Source: an uncultured virus (IMG/VR IMGVR_UViG_3300021197_001002) (lineage: Duplodnaviria; Heunggongvirae; Uroviricota; Caudoviricetes). Taken from it: a stretch of DNA of 36,877 nucleotides. The notes under the pieces are model-generated. The model did no database searches. It had not been told where the DNA came from and saw nothing but the letters and a program-made list of their open reading frames with translations. The stretch lies in the IMG/VR virus record IMGVR_UViG_3300021197_001002; one strand, 5' to 3'. Below, in pieces: positions 7,681-17,620 of the stretch (the stretch's first letter is position 1; each line of letters starts with the position of its first letter). Position numbers and translations under genes: made by a program.

Positions 7681-10094
7681 CCATATTTTTTAGGAACTCT
7701 CATTGCTGTTACTGCATCCAAATCCCAGTTGAGGGTTTCGTATACTGATTTGATTTTTGAACGCACCCACTTCTCTACTACAGTAGACCAGTCGATGTCG
7801 TAATCCTCAAGTTGATTTACATTCTCGTATGCTATTACATTGGTGAGAGGTTGCCCTTCGGGTACACCGTTTATGAATACCCATTTGATACTGTCTCCCT
7901 TGTTGAAGTCAGTCTTGAGGTATTGGTTAGAGTATCTCGCCGCCTTAGCAGGGTTGGGTACAACCTTGTCGTACTCATGTAGTTTCTTATTTATGCGACC
8001 ACTTGAAGCAATCTCATCAACAGACTTACCACCTTTGTACAGATTCGTAACAGCGGGTCTAACATTGTTGTATACCTCATTCTCATCAGCACCAGTAGCA
8101 ATCAACTCGAATGCTGATGAAAGAATCTCCTTCGTTACCGCAGGGGCATTGGATGCCTTGAGTGAGTAACCAGTTACTTTCATCTTACCTTTATCTTCCA
8201 AAGGCCATGATATGAGTCCGAAGTTTCTGTTCTTCGTATTGGCAGTAAACCAGTATGGGAAGAACGCTTCAAACTCGACATCAAGATACGCCAAGTTCAA
8301 TTCATTCTGTGAGATACCTGTAAGCGTTTTACATAGAGGGTGTGCATCATCAAATGGTACTTGTACATACACGGAGTCTGTGTGTCCTGCAAGAGCCTTG
8401 TAGCCACGCTTCTCACACTCATCTACGAGCATGGTGATAGACTTACGACCAAGATATGTAATGGATGATGCAATGGCATAACTACTCCATTGACCACCAA
8501 TCTTACGGCTTCCTGTCATTCCATAGAGAGCATTTACTGCAACCTTTACAGCCATCTGTAACATGTTGTAACCGAGTTTCTCATCAGCATCAGTTGCTTC
8601 TTTCATCAATGTCTTGTATTGTTTTCTCAAGGCAAGCAGTTCCTTGACAACCTTCGGGAACAGTCCTTCCCTTGATTGGTCCCAATGGAATGTACCACCA
8701 GTACCATGAATGTATGTACCGTCCTTCTCTCGCTTAGGAGGTATGTTGAGTGTGAGTATTCCCTCTCCACCCTCATCAACGAGGGTTGTCCAACACAGGT
8801 TGGCGGAGAGGATAATGTTAGGATATAGTGAAGCGAAATCCATGAGAGCGACGTTCTCATGACGACCCGGTACAGGTTGCATAACCCATGCCGCTTCTAA
8901 TTCAGGTCGTTCTTGTATGTATGATGAGGGGGCTTTGAGTTCGGTACGTCGTCCTATCAATCCTCTAAAGTATCGAGTAACCTTGTGTGTGCTTGCAAAC
9001 TGTACACCACAGACTTTCTGCAATGCTAAGTGGAAATTAGTACAGTTAAGTTTGTCATCACAATCACGCAAGAGTGTTGTATCAAGGAGACAGTAATCTA
9101 CGAAATCTTCCCAATGTTCAGTCCAACCATTGAACACAGTCATACCTTCAATGTCGTTTGTTAGTTTACCTTCAAATCCAAGTTCCTTAGCGAACCAATC
9201 GAGTTTACGAGATTGTGCTTGCCCTTTACCAGACTTCTGCCATATGCCCTCAAAGCCACTCCCATCAGTCCATTGAGCCGCAGTATCAAACACCAGTCGC
9301 CCCTTGATAGGTTGACGTGTACTCTTGTACCCATTCCCATCTTTAGGAGGTGCAACGAATATGTTGAGTGGTGACATGCGCCCACGTTCAGTACCGAGCC
9401 TTCGATGTAGATGTGGTAAGTCGGCCCAATGACCTGCGTGTGCAATGAGAATATCAGGGTCACGTTTCTCAAGGAATTTCAAGAAAGCATCGTGCATCTC
9501 CACTTCGGAAGGATAAATATAGAGTGTGTATTCTTCATCACGCACAGTTCTGTATCTTGCACTTACGATGTGTGTCGGATGAGGACAATTGGTTTTCTCT
9601 TCATCAGCCCACGCAAATACAACTGGTCTGCGAAGGTCGCTATCCACAACAGCCATGACTGTTGTAAAGTCGTCATCATCATTCGGGTTCCATTCAAGGT
9701 CGAAGTACCACTTACGAGGATGGAAGTCAGGTATCTCATCAGGATAGTTTGTTAGAAGAATCTGGTCAAGGTAATTGACATCAGCCTCGTATGTCCAACG
9801 TGGACACTTATCCTTTAACTCCCAAAGTAAGTTGGGATGTGATACTGTAACCTTCCATAGATTCTGATTGTGTAATCCCTTTGCTGAAATGTCATAATGT
9901 ATTTCAGCACCGAGTCTTTGAATGCGACGTAGTACATGAGTAGGGGATGCTTGGTCAATCCAACAGAAGGGTTGTACATAGTCATCATCCTCACTCATGA
10001 TGTATCGCTCATGCAATACACCATCAGCACCCCTACGCCTCTCGTAGATGATAGGAGGGTCCGATGGGGATTCGGAGAACCAATCAATTATCAT
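7674..10094 (-). CDS. polB: Family B DNA polymerase
   Basis: Exonuclease motifs FDLEW and YCLLD; polymerase motifs DFASLYPNI, KVAVNALYG and AGHTDS. Confidence 0.97.
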   Translation of the reverse strand: MIIDWFSESPSDPPIIYERRRGADGVLHERYIMSEDDDYVQPFCWIDQASPTHVLRRIQRLGAEIHYDISAKGLHNQNLWKVTVSHPNLLWELKDKCPRWTYEADVNYLDQILLTNYPDEIPDFHPRKWYFDLEWNPNDDDDFTTVMAVVDSDLRRPVVFAWADEEKTNCPHPTHIVSARYRTVRDEEYTLYIYPSEVEMHDAFLKFLEKRDPDILIAHAGHWADLPHLHRRLGTERGRMSPLNIFVAPPKDGNGYKSTRQPIKGRLVFDTAAQWTDGSGFEGIWQKSGKGQAQSRKLDWFAKELGFEGKLTNDIEGMTVFNGWTEHWEDFVDYCLLDTTLLRDCDDKLNCTNFHLALQKVCGVQFASTHKVTRYFRGLIGRRTELKAPSSYIQERPELEAAWVMQPVPGRHENVALMDFASLYPNIILSANLCWTTLVDEGGEGILTLNIPPKREKDGTYIHGTGGTFHWDQSREGLFPKVVKELLALRKQYKTLMKEATDADEKLGYNMLQMAVKVAVNALYGMTGSRKIGGQWSSYAIASSITYLGRKSITMLVDECEKRGYKALAGHTDSVYVQVPFDDAHPLCKTLTGISQNELNLAYLDVEFEAFFPYWFTANTKNRNFGLISWPLEDKGKMKVTGYSLKASNAPAVTKEILSSAFELIATGADENEVYNNVRPAVTNLYKGGKSVDEIASSGRINKKLHEYDKVVPNPAKAARYSNQYLKTDFNKGDSIKWVFINGVPEGQPLTNVIAYENVNQLEDYDIDWSTVVEKWVRSKIKSVYETLNWDLDAVTAMRVPKKYGW

Positions 10095-10846
10095 TCATCT
10101 CCCTCATCTATAATCACGAGTAAAGTATTGTCTTGGTCGAAGATAATCGGTGTACCATCACCCATGTGGAATCGTGCTTGCTCATCATCCAAGAACTGTA
10201 GGCAAGCAGGTAACCAATCACCAAAGTATGATTGTACTGTAGCCGAAGGACCATCGGTATCGCTGATAGATAATGTAGTGAACAGGCGACCACTCGCCGC
10301 TTTACCTGCTACTATACCAAACTCTTCTTCACCACAATGAACACGCAGTTTAAACTGCGAGTCATCAGATACGAGTGTACGCATACCCGCCAATGAAATC
10401 AAATCCTTAGTCTCAAATAGTGTACCATGAGCCGTTAAGGGACTCTTGTAAAACGTAGTGAAGTTATCACCAATGCATGAATTAATTACTTTACTCATTG
10501 CATTAACTTTAGCATGGGACTCAATCTCATCAGTACTCGGTATCTGCAATCGGTTACCACCTGCATCAATGTGAAGTGGCTTGACAGGAGATACCTGTCG
10601 AAGAGTTATATCATCCTGCTTACTTGCTTTCAAGAACTTAAGGAACTTCTCAAGCATTGCAATGTGAATGATGCCCTCTTCTTCTATGTCTGATACGATA
10701 AGACGCTTGCGTAGATAGTAATTAGCATACGCTACTTGTACAGTCATGTGTATACCTGAACAGTTGATACGAAGGTCCTCAATACCTTTAGTGAAACCAC
10801 TAAGGAACTTCATCAAATCGCTTCGGTCTACTGTTATCTTAGTCAT
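10091..10846 (-). CDS. PCNA-like DNA sliding clamp
   Basis: 251 aa with an alternating helix/strand clamp-like pattern, coupled to polB by an ATGA overlap; a clamp loader is nearby. Sequence is divergent. Confidence 0.7.
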   Translation of the reverse strand: MTKITVDRSDLMKFLSGFTKGIEDLRINCSGIHMTVQVAYANYYLRKRLIVSDIEEEGIIHIAMLEKFLKFLKASKQDDITLRQVSPVKPLHIDAGGNRLQIPSTDEIESHAKVNAMSKVINSCIGDNFTTFYKSPLTAHGTLFETKDLISLAGMRTLVSDDSQFKLRVHCGEEEFGIVAGKAASGRLFTTLSISDTDGPSATVQSYFGDWLPACLQFLDDEQARFHMGDGTPIIFDQDNTLLVIIDEGDE

Positions 10847-10856
10847 ACAATCAACT

Positions 10857-10879
10857 CTTTTCTCTTTGCCGATTTATAA
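10857..10879 (-). promoter_or_regulatory. Conserved viral promoter element (copy 2, variant TTATAAATCGGCAAAGAGAAAAG)
   Basis: 21/23 match to the consensus, 10 nt upstream of ATG 10846. Confidence 0.8.
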
Positions 10880-10983
10880 AGGTGGAAAGGAAGAGGGAGG
10901 ATAAAGTGATAGAAAACCCCTGTCATGGCTGGAACACCACAAGTCGGAATGAATTTCCCCCTTATTACTTGACAAACTTTCCC

Positions 10984-11009
10984 CAATACCTAACATGCAA
11001 AAGGTATTG
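10984..11009. other. Hairpin (8-bp stem, 10-nt loop) just downstream of the ATPase stop
   Basis: caatacct (10984-10991) and aggtattg (11002-11009) are perfect reverse complements. Confidence 0.5.
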
Positions 11010-11011
11010 AA

Positions 11012-11977
11012 TCACAAACTCCCATCGTATAATTCAGGGAGGCCGAACCATTCAGGCTCGCCATCAGGACGTGTAGTGAATACCTTTCTTCGCTTGTCTT
11101 GAAGTTCAGGATTCATCTTCGCCTTAGAGAATTTGACATAGTAGTGCATCGCTAACAACTCACCATCTTCATCGAGTTCTTCTTCCTTCTCGGTAAGTAG
11201 GATGGTCGGTAAGTAGTTGTTCGTTCGCTTCTCCCAATCGGGTACAAAACGCTTGTTGGGTCCATAGAAGTCCTTAGTTGCCATGTGGGTTTCCCATATG
11301 ACCTTAACACCAAGTCGAACTAAATCACGAGACAATGCTGTGAGTTGGTGGAACCGTGTGTTACGGATAGCCCATGTCGCTTGCTTCTCAACCTTTGCTG
11401 AACCGCTTCCGTCTGCCGCATCAATGGCATCGTTAGACAAACCTAAGTCCACAATACGCATGTTGTTGGCACATATCTCCAACCATGAATCAACACCACT
11501 AATGATGACACCCCATACAGGGTTGCCCTTTGTTGCTTGGTCGTGTACATACTTCATGATGTCCATGACACGCTGGTGAGTAGCGGGATAGTTGTAAGCA
11601 GTACGGTCATTGACCGCCATTGCCCACGGGTTCCATGATACGATGTTGTCCTCTTCTGTGTGTAATGCGGAAGCAAGCATTGCTACTCCCATATCAAAGT
11701 CGAGTACGTGTAGTTTAGCGTTGGGGTCTTTGGTTGTATCTTTGGCAAACCAATCGAGCATGATGCCCGTCTTACATGTGCCATCAAATCCAGCCACTCC
11801 GATGAAGTCGTAGCGTTGTGCCTTAGCCTTCTCCATCATTGTTTGTTCGGCTCGTAGGTGAGCGAACGGGTCATCATTACTGACAGCCGCCGTTGCTTTC
11901 GCTTGTACCTTCGCCTTCGCCTTCGCTTCTTTTTCTTCGTTCTTAATTTCTGTTACTGTTGTTCCAAATCCTGACAT
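11012..11977 (-). CDS. RecA-fold ATPase (RadA/Sak4-like recombinase)
   Basis: Walker A GFDGTCKT, LDFDMG, Walker B-like IISGVDS and VIWETH. ATG 11977 follows a GGAGG RBS; adjacent to an SSB-like gene. Confidence 0.75.
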   Translation of the reverse strand: MSGFGTTVTEIKNEEKEAKAKAKVQAKATAAVSNDDPFAHLRAEQTMMEKAKAQRYDFIGVAGFDGTCKTGIMLDWFAKDTTKDPNAKLHVLDFDMGVAMLASALHTEEDNIVSWNPWAMAVNDRTAYNYPATHQRVMDIMKYVHDQATKGNPVWGVIISGVDSWLEICANNMRIVDLGLSNDAIDAADGSGSAKVEKQATWAIRNTRFHQLTALSRDLVRLGVKVIWETHMATKDFYGPNKRFVPDWEKRTNNYLPTILLTEKEEELDEDGELLAMHYYVKFSKAKMNPELQDKRRKVFTTRPDGEPEWFGLPELYDGSL

Positions 11978-11979
11978 AT

Positions 11980-13319
11980 TTATTCCTCCTNNNNNNNNNN
12001 NNNNNNNNNNNNNNNNNNNNNNNNNNNNNNNNNNNNNNNNNNNNNNNNNNNNNNNNNNNNNNNNNNNNNNNNNNNNNNNNNNNNNNNNNNACAATACCAT
12101 TGTATTCCTTCATACCTAAACGACCAAAGACAAGTACTGTAGAGCGTTCAGCGTATTCAAACGCCTCCTCACCCCATCCTGCTACGAACGGTTGAGTAAG
12201 GTTACCCACCGCACCTGCAATCCAGCATTGTACATCACCAGTAATACTACTTGATAGTGTCATAGAATAGTTGTAACCTTCGGGGTCAAAGTCGCTTTCA
12301 CGAGGCTCGCTGTTGAGCGATGTAACCAATCCCCTTGTGATAACCAACGGACCCCATTGACGACGCTCGCCACCAATGTCTCCGCTTTGCTTACCACGTT
12401 CATACGCATCATCCAATTCATCAATTGGTACGTAGTACTCATGGAAGGCAGGTAATGTCCAAAACTTTGAAGGTTGAAGTAGAGAGCGTACATCTTCGGG
12501 AAGGAACTCATCTGTGTATTCAATCTCAAAGTTACTGTAAACACCAAGTACATCCTTGAAATTATCTGATGCCTTCTCTCGTGGTGGAACAACTTGTATC
12601 TTACAAGGGCGACCTTGTTGGATATTGAGTTCCGTGAGTTCATTTGTCAAGTCAACACGCCATAGAGACACCTTGTTGTTCTTGACCAGTTGTTCTTCCT
12701 CATGTCCGAGGAAGTATGCGTATCGACCCATGCGTTTGTATGGCGCAGGGTCGCCGCTGTAGGATGTAAGACAGACCCAATCACTTCCTGATTGTAGTCC
12801 ATAAGGTGGGTTTTCATCACTCGATGCTTCAAGTTTCTTGACACCATCCTTTGTGTGTAAAGACCATACTGCACCAGTCTTTTCATATGCACCAAGACGA
12901 CCACTTCCGATTGCTTCGGATGGGTCATCTGCATACAACTTGAGATTGCTTTGTACAATGTTAGCGAGTCTGTCTCGCTTACGGTCTTGTACACCTAAGA
13001 ACGAACCAACCCATGTGGAGAGGTTCTTACTACTTCCACCGCTTTGCTTGCGAGTTTCAGTAAACACTTGTTCAGCCCAATCGACCAACAAATCTTCATC
13101 TTCATCAGCAGGGGAGTCGCAACCATAATGCGTTGTAATGTACTCAAGGTACATCTTCTTTGCATCTTCTATTGTCTTGTTTGTGCGCTTTGCATAGGCA
13201 TCCAAACGAAGCATTACTCCTTTGGGTAACCCATCCTCGCTCGCTTCTGCCTGTACAGCACCAAAGCCACTTCCTGTATCTTCTACGTTTTCGTATTCAT
13301 CTTCTTCTTTCCATGTCAT
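11980..13319 (-). CDS. Putative OB-fold ssDNA-binding protein (RPA-like), interrupted by a scaffold gap
   Basis: Acidic N-terminus and OB-like C-terminal strands (VITRGLV...MTLSS...VLVFGRL). ATG 13319 follows GGTGATTAAG; the likely end is GAG GAA TAA at 11980, after the N run. Confidence 0.6.
11991..12090. other. Assembly gap (100 N)
   Basis: Run of exactly 100 n, probably a placeholder length. Confidence 1.
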
Positions 13320-13324
13320 CTTAA

Positions 13325-13501
13325 TCACCAATCTTTCAATATTTTTTGTTCTATTTCCTTTGTTACTTCATACGCCTTGTCTACAGCAAAGACAACATCA
13401 TCTTCTCCTGTAGTAATCAAAGCGTGGAATATGATACTCATCATGAGGCAACGTGTTGTGTCTGCGCCCTTGTCGAGTGCGGGTTTGAAATCAAAACTCA
13501 T
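13325..13501 (-). CDS. Small hypothetical protein (58 aa, not in the ORF track)
   Basis: MSFDFKPALDKGADTTRCLMMSIIFHALITTGEDDVVFAVDKAYEVTKEIEQKILKDW; ATGA overlap with the RFC stop and fills the gap exactly. Confidence 0.7.
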   Translation of the reverse strand: MSFDFKPALDKGADTTRCLMMSIIFHALITTGEDDVVFAVDKAYEVTKEIEQKILKDW

Positions 13502-14424
13502 TCTTCCAACTCCTTCTTTAGCCTTGCAACGAACACGTCTACATACGACTCGTCGCTTCCTATGAAATCATGAACGATTTCCATCATCTGACCCCATACA
13601 AATATGATACTGAATGCTGTCTCTGCATCCTTGTCAAAGAACTTAGAGACATACCTGTGAACGTTGTACATGAATTGAGTGCGCCCTGATAGATTATTCA
13701 ATCGCTCATGTAGGCTTTCACGTAGGTCATTGAATTTGTTGTTCGATACATCTTCCCACCAGTTGTGTCCATCAGAAGCATTCTCTATGTGGTCAAGTGC
13801 ATCAGGTGAACGCTTTAGTGAGGTAAGATAGTTTACACTCTCACGTAGGTCGCCATCAAAGGATTCGACAAGAGCAGGATAATTCTTCACCCATTCAGTC
13901 GGAAGGAAATCAAGGCGAGAAAGATGCTTCGCACCCTCACTTCCCCCTACTCTTTCAAATGTATAGGTTCGACATCGACTCTTGATAGCGTCGTGTATCT
14001 TACCCCCATCGTTCGCAGTAAGGATGAAGATGACCCGATTAGCATACTGTTCCATAATTCCACGTAGCGTCTGTTGAGCAGGTATAGTAAAGCCATCAAA
14101 TTCGTCAAGAACTATTACCTTGATGTCCGTACCTATGCCCTTCAATCGACAGAACAATTTGAGTTCATCACGAACATAGTTGATACCACGTTCATCACTC
14201 GCATTCGTCCAAAGAAGATTCATACCGTTTCTATTCGCACCGAGAACTGTATTTGCGAGCACATTAGCCGCACTTGTCTTACCAGTACCCGGAGGTCCTA
14301 AGTAAAGTACAGCAGGTGGGTACTCGTTGGTTTCAACCCAATGACGCATATCATCACAGAATTGCTTGTTCCCAACGATGTCATCCACTTTTTGTGGTCG
14401 TAGTTGTTCGTTCCAATTGCTCAT
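13498..14424 (-). CDS. rfcS: Replication factor C small subunit (clamp loader)
   Basis: WNEQLRP, GPPGTGKT, NASDERGI, VLDEFD, SRC and GDLR RFC boxes. Start trimmed to ATG 14424, downstream of the promoter. Confidence 0.95.
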   Translation of the reverse strand: MSNWNEQLRPQKVDDIVGNKQFCDDMRHWVETNEYPPAVLYLGPPGTGKTSAANVLANTVLGANRNGMNLLWTNASDERGINYVRDELKLFCRLKGIGTDIKVIVLDEFDGFTIPAQQTLRGIMEQYANRVIFILTANDGGKIHDAIKSRCRTYTFERVGGSEGAKHLSRLDFLPTEWVKNYPALVESFDGDLRESVNYLTSLKRSPDALDHIENASDGHNWWEDVSNNKFNDLRESLHERLNNLSGRTQFMYNVHRYVSKFFDKDAETAFSIIFVWGQMMEIVHDFIGSDESYVDVFVARLKKELEE

Positions 14425-14435
14425 CTTTCTCACTC

Positions 14436-14458
14436 TTATTCTCTTTGCCGATTTATAA
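14436..14458 (-). promoter_or_regulatory. Conserved viral promoter element (copy 3)
   Basis: Exact 23-mer 11 nt upstream of ATG 14424; the TAA in its TATA box is also the upstream gene's stop codon. Confidence 0.85.
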
Positions 14459-14824
14459 AGGAGAGGCCAAATCATACTTCTCCGCCCACTCTACGAATGC
14501 CTCCATTGACTTCGTTGGCATTGGGTTCTCTATGGTGAACAGCATCTTATCATACTGCATGAAATTGCTCAATAGGTTACCACCGTAGAATGCAATGACA
14601 TCCATCCACTCCTGTATTTTCTTCTTAGATGATACAGGTAACGCTGGAAGGTTGTTACTTGTTGTGAATAAGCGTACTAACTTCTCTTCGTTGTCGCTTG
14701 AGTACTTGATGAATATCTTACGGCGTAGTCTAAAACCTATACCGACATGAGTTTTCTCCATGTGGATATGGAACCTTAGTTTAGCGAGCACTATACCCAA
14801 TCCTACATCTTCCCACTTAGTCAT
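14453..14824 (-). CDS. Hypothetical protein (weak resemblance to a degenerate LAGLIDADG fold)
   Basis: 123-aa operon-packed ORF; the fold guess is weak. Confidence 0.6.
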   Translation of the reverse strand: MTKWEDVGLGIVLAKLRFHIHMEKTHVGIGFRLRRKIFIKYSSDNEEKLVRLFTTSNNLPALPVSSKKKIQEWMDVIAFYGGNLLSNFMQYDKMLFTIENPMPTKSMEAFVEWAEKYDLASPL

Positions 14825-16016
14825 CGTTTACCACCGCCAAGTAATCTACTAACTCGTCTACGTCTGATAGACCTGCATCGAGTACAACTGTATTGAATCT
14901 AAAGTGCCACTCCTTAGAAGGTGACCAAGTATATTCTACTTTCACCACGAAAGTATCAGAAATCGGCTCGCTGGTATTTTTGACTGTAGGTGTGATACCT
15001 ATCCGCCTTAATGCATAATCGAGTTCAAACAGATTCTCTTCTACTGTGAACTCATTCATGTCTACAACATCAATACCATCCCTGAAACCAATGTTGAACT
15101 CCCATGTACCGTTCACGTTTCTATAATGTGTAACTTGTGCTTGAAGAGAAATCGTACCACTCGTCTTGAGATAGTACTCCCCCTCATGGAATATGATGAA
15201 CCCACCCTTTGGATAATGGTGGAGTAGTTGTTGTGATTCTTCCCATGATGTAGGCATGGGTTCCTTGTATGATGAAAAGGGTATGTCATGTTTGACGTTG
15301 TGTAACCTGTATGTTCCTAAAGGGTTTGACCAACACCACATCAGCGGCGCATCGTCTGGTACTTGAGGTGTGAGTTCAAAATCAAGCACACCCGTTCTCT
15401 TCTTCGCAATCCCCTGCTTAAGTTGGACAAGCGTAGTGCAATCCTGTACGAACCAAAAGGTGTCGCAGGATTCGTCAGTCCATATCTGTAGTGGTGTATA
15501 CGCCGCATCCTCTAATACGGAATCAGAAATACCCGAATAAATTGAATTGATATAAAATTCCATAGACTTACTTTCATGATTAAACTGTTGTTTTAGCCAC
15601 TTGACCATTCTGTATCTATAAGGCGACCACTTGTAATTCAATGCCCAAGACCAAAACACTTGACCCTCTATAACAGTCATAGCGTTGCATAGGTTGAGCA
15701 CCCAATCGTCTTGTGATTCACTTGCATTGTGTGCCAATGTCATGAGTTCCTTAACTGTGTAGCCTTTACTTTGACCTCCCGATTCCCATGTCAAAACCTC
15801 CGCTAAAGGTTTCCCATTAGTTACATCATCGAGATGCTCAACGAAACAGCCGCATTCTTTTGCTAACTGTACTTTCACCATTCTCGTAGACATGGCAATA
15901 CGCTTAGAACTATCAAGAAAGGACCACATAAGATGAGCCTCTTCCTTAGTAAGTTCTTCTTTACTCAACCTCGTTGGCATCTTTGAAAGGAGAGAGCATA
16001 AGCGCATGAACTTCAT
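14817..16016 (-). CDS. Divergent ATP-dependent DNA ligase-like protein, apparently lacking KxDG
   Basis: Helical N-terminal domain resembling a ligase DBD (LCNAMTVIEGQVFWSWAL), motif IV-like GGFIIF and an OB-like C-terminus (FVVKVEY); no adenylation motif seen. Confidence 0.4.
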   Translation of the reverse strand: MKFMRLCSLLSKMPTRLSKEELTKEEAHLMWSFLDSSKRIAMSTRMVKVQLAKECGCFVEHLDDVTNGKPLAEVLTWESGGQSKGYTVKELMTLAHNASESQDDWVLNLCNAMTVIEGQVFWSWALNYKWSPYRYRMVKWLKQQFNHESKSMEFYINSIYSGISDSVLEDAAYTPLQIWTDESCDTFWFVQDCTTLVQLKQGIAKKRTGVLDFELTPQVPDDAPLMWCWSNPLGTYRLHNVKHDIPFSSYKEPMPTSWEESQQLLHHYPKGGFIIFHEGEYYLKTSGTISLQAQVTHYRNVNGTWEFNIGFRDGIDVVDMNEFTVEENLFELDYALRRIGITPTVKNTSEPISDTFVVKVEYTWSPSKEWHFRFNTVVLDAGLSDVDELVDYLAVVNDD

Positions 16017-16339
16017 CTGTGTACCCCCAAGTATATTTCATCTGTATCTGTTATCTTGGATTCCAACCAACCATTACCGTATTCGTCATTGGTATACAAT
16101 GAACCATGTTTATCTTCTCTTTCCTTTGTGAATTGATATGTATCAGGGTGTAGTGTATCGCTCACTATGAGATAACAACCTTCATGTAGAGCACGACGTG
16201 CATGAAGCGCACTTACTTTACGAAGTAATTTATGTATTACTTCCGTCATCGTGAAAGAAACGTTTTGACCTTGAAGTGAACCATCGACAAATTGCCATGT
16301 TCTATTCTTCTGTTGCCACTTTAGGAGATACGCTTTCAT
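16013..16339 (-). CDS. Hypothetical protein
   Basis: ORF from ATG 16339 (MKAYLLKW) after a GAGG RBS. Confidence 0.65.
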   Translation of the reverse strand: MKAYLLKWQQKNRTWQFVDGSLQGQNVSFTMTEVIHKLLRKVSALHARRALHEGCYLIVSDTLHPDTYQFTKEREDKHGSLYTNDEYGNGWLESKITDTDEIYLGVHR

Positions 16340-16619
16340 GTTCAACGACCTCTTTTCTTCTTTCTTCTTGTTCAACGCTGTTGTCTATATGGTCGAGCAT
16401 TTCCGCTAATACGGGCATGAGTTCACGTAGTTGGTCAGGAGTGATTCTCACTCCTTCACGGGTGTGTGTATATCCTTCATCACTACGACGAAGCATACGA
16501 ATATCGACCCAGTTTCTTCCTCTATGCTTTACCCACGCTGTACGGACTTTACCTTTACCGCCGCCCCACTTGACTGTCTTACCATCCTGTACCAAATAAT
16601 CACGTTCAAACGTGGTCAT
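16302..16619 (-). CDS. PC4/YdbC-like ssDNA-binding or transcriptional coactivator protein
   Basis: RGRNWVDIRM...YTHTREGVRITPDQLREL matches the PC4 signature (hDIR...PTxKGhxL). Confidence 0.8.
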   Translation of the reverse strand: MTTFERDYLVQDGKTVKWGGGKGKVRTAWVKHRGRNWVDIRMLRRSDEGYTHTREGVRITPDQLRELMPVLAEMLDHIDNSVEQEERRKEVVEHESVSPKVATEE

Positions 16620-17365
16620 TCTTCTTCCTCGTTAGGTAAGTACGTTCTTACGACTAAGCATCCCCACAACCACGGAGGTACTCGTTCACCCTCATAGGTT
16701 TCTCCGAGTACACAAAACATTGAATCCTTGTCGTTCAGGGGTTTTCCTTTGAACATACCTGATTCTGCAAGGTCTTTGTTTTGCATTCGTGTCAACGCTG
16801 TATATCGTGCTGTCATGTTTGTGAATTGCATGAAGAGTTCATCTCCTGCTAATACGTGATAGTCATCAGGTTCCATTGCTACATCAGCCTCACATGACGG
16901 ACATGTGATGTGACATCTCCATAGTTGAAGAGGGGCTGATTGTCCATTATCGAGTTGTGCTTCAATAGTTTCAACATACTCATCAGTTCTATTTTCAAGT
17001 TCAAAGTTTGCCAAAGGTTCTCCACAATCACACTTCCAACCCATTGCTAATTCTTGCTTCTGTTGGTAATGCATCTCCGCTTGCGATGAGGGGTCGAGAG
17101 GTGGAGTGATGGTTTCAAAACCATCAGGGGTTGCTACTTCATACCCCACCGCACTCATCAGTACAATCATTTTGTTGTGGTAATCCTTTGAGTCGGGATG
17201 TTCATACATTGACATCAATGACCATGTTTTCTCATCTGTTTTCATGTACTGTACACCAGTACCATCGGGTGACCATACACCGTTTACGGGAATAGAATTG
17301 AAGTGTTCTTCTGCCCATGTAAGTAGTTCTGCTTCGGGTTGCCATTCTGTCTGTTCGTTATTCAT
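16616..17365 (-). CDS. Hypothetical acidic protein with Zn ribbon
   Basis: CDC...CPSC; ATG 17365 after GGTGAG. Confidence 0.75.
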   Translation of the reverse strand: MNNEQTEWQPEAELLTWAEEHFNSIPVNGVWSPDGTGVQYMKTDEKTWSLMSMYEHPDSKDYHNKMIVLMSAVGYEVATPDGFETITPPLDPSSQAEMHYQQKQELAMGWKCDCGEPLANFELENRTDEYVETIEAQLDNGQSAPLQLWRCHITCPSCEADVAMEPDDYHVLAGDELFMQFTNMTARYTALTRMQNKDLAESGMFKGKPLNDKDSMFCVLGETYEGERVPPWLWGCLVVRTYLPNEEEE

Positions 17366-17380
17366 TAGTCTCACCTGTGG

Positions 17381-17620
17381 TCACTCGTCATCGTTCTGTT
17401 TATTATTCCTTTTGATTTTGTATACTGAAAATATCTCACAATGTGTACATGGTACAAGTACCAAGTCATGTGCATCAAGGAAGTGCATGTCCATGTTTTC
17501 TGCACCACAAACATCGCATACCCCTTCACCTTCTACTGTGTAGAGGACTTTCAAATCGCCCCCTTCAAGCCTGATGGCATGATTGAGAACCATATCAGTT
17601 GCTCGTTTAACGATGCTCAA
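17381..17620 (-). CDS. Small Zn-ribbon protein
   Basis: CDVC...CTHC; start uncertain (TTG 17620 overlaps the upstream stop). Confidence 0.6.
   Translation of the reverse strand: MSIVKRATDMVLNHAIRLEGGDLKVLYTVEGEGVCDVCGAENMDMHFLDAHDLVLVPCTHCEIFSVYKIKRNNKQNDDE

Noticed and set aside
7674..10094. Intein or split in PolB
   Set aside because: The length (806 aa) and motif spacing are normal and no intein terminal motifs were seen.
11908..11928. Short (ttcgcc)n tandem repeat
   Set aside because: It encodes a low-complexity Ala-Lys linker in the ATPase N-terminus.
11012..13331. ORF-track proteins 11012-12100 and 11943-13331 read through the N run
   Set aside because: These are artefacts of a 100-N placeholder gap; the ATPase starts at 11977 and the upstream gene probably ends at 11980.
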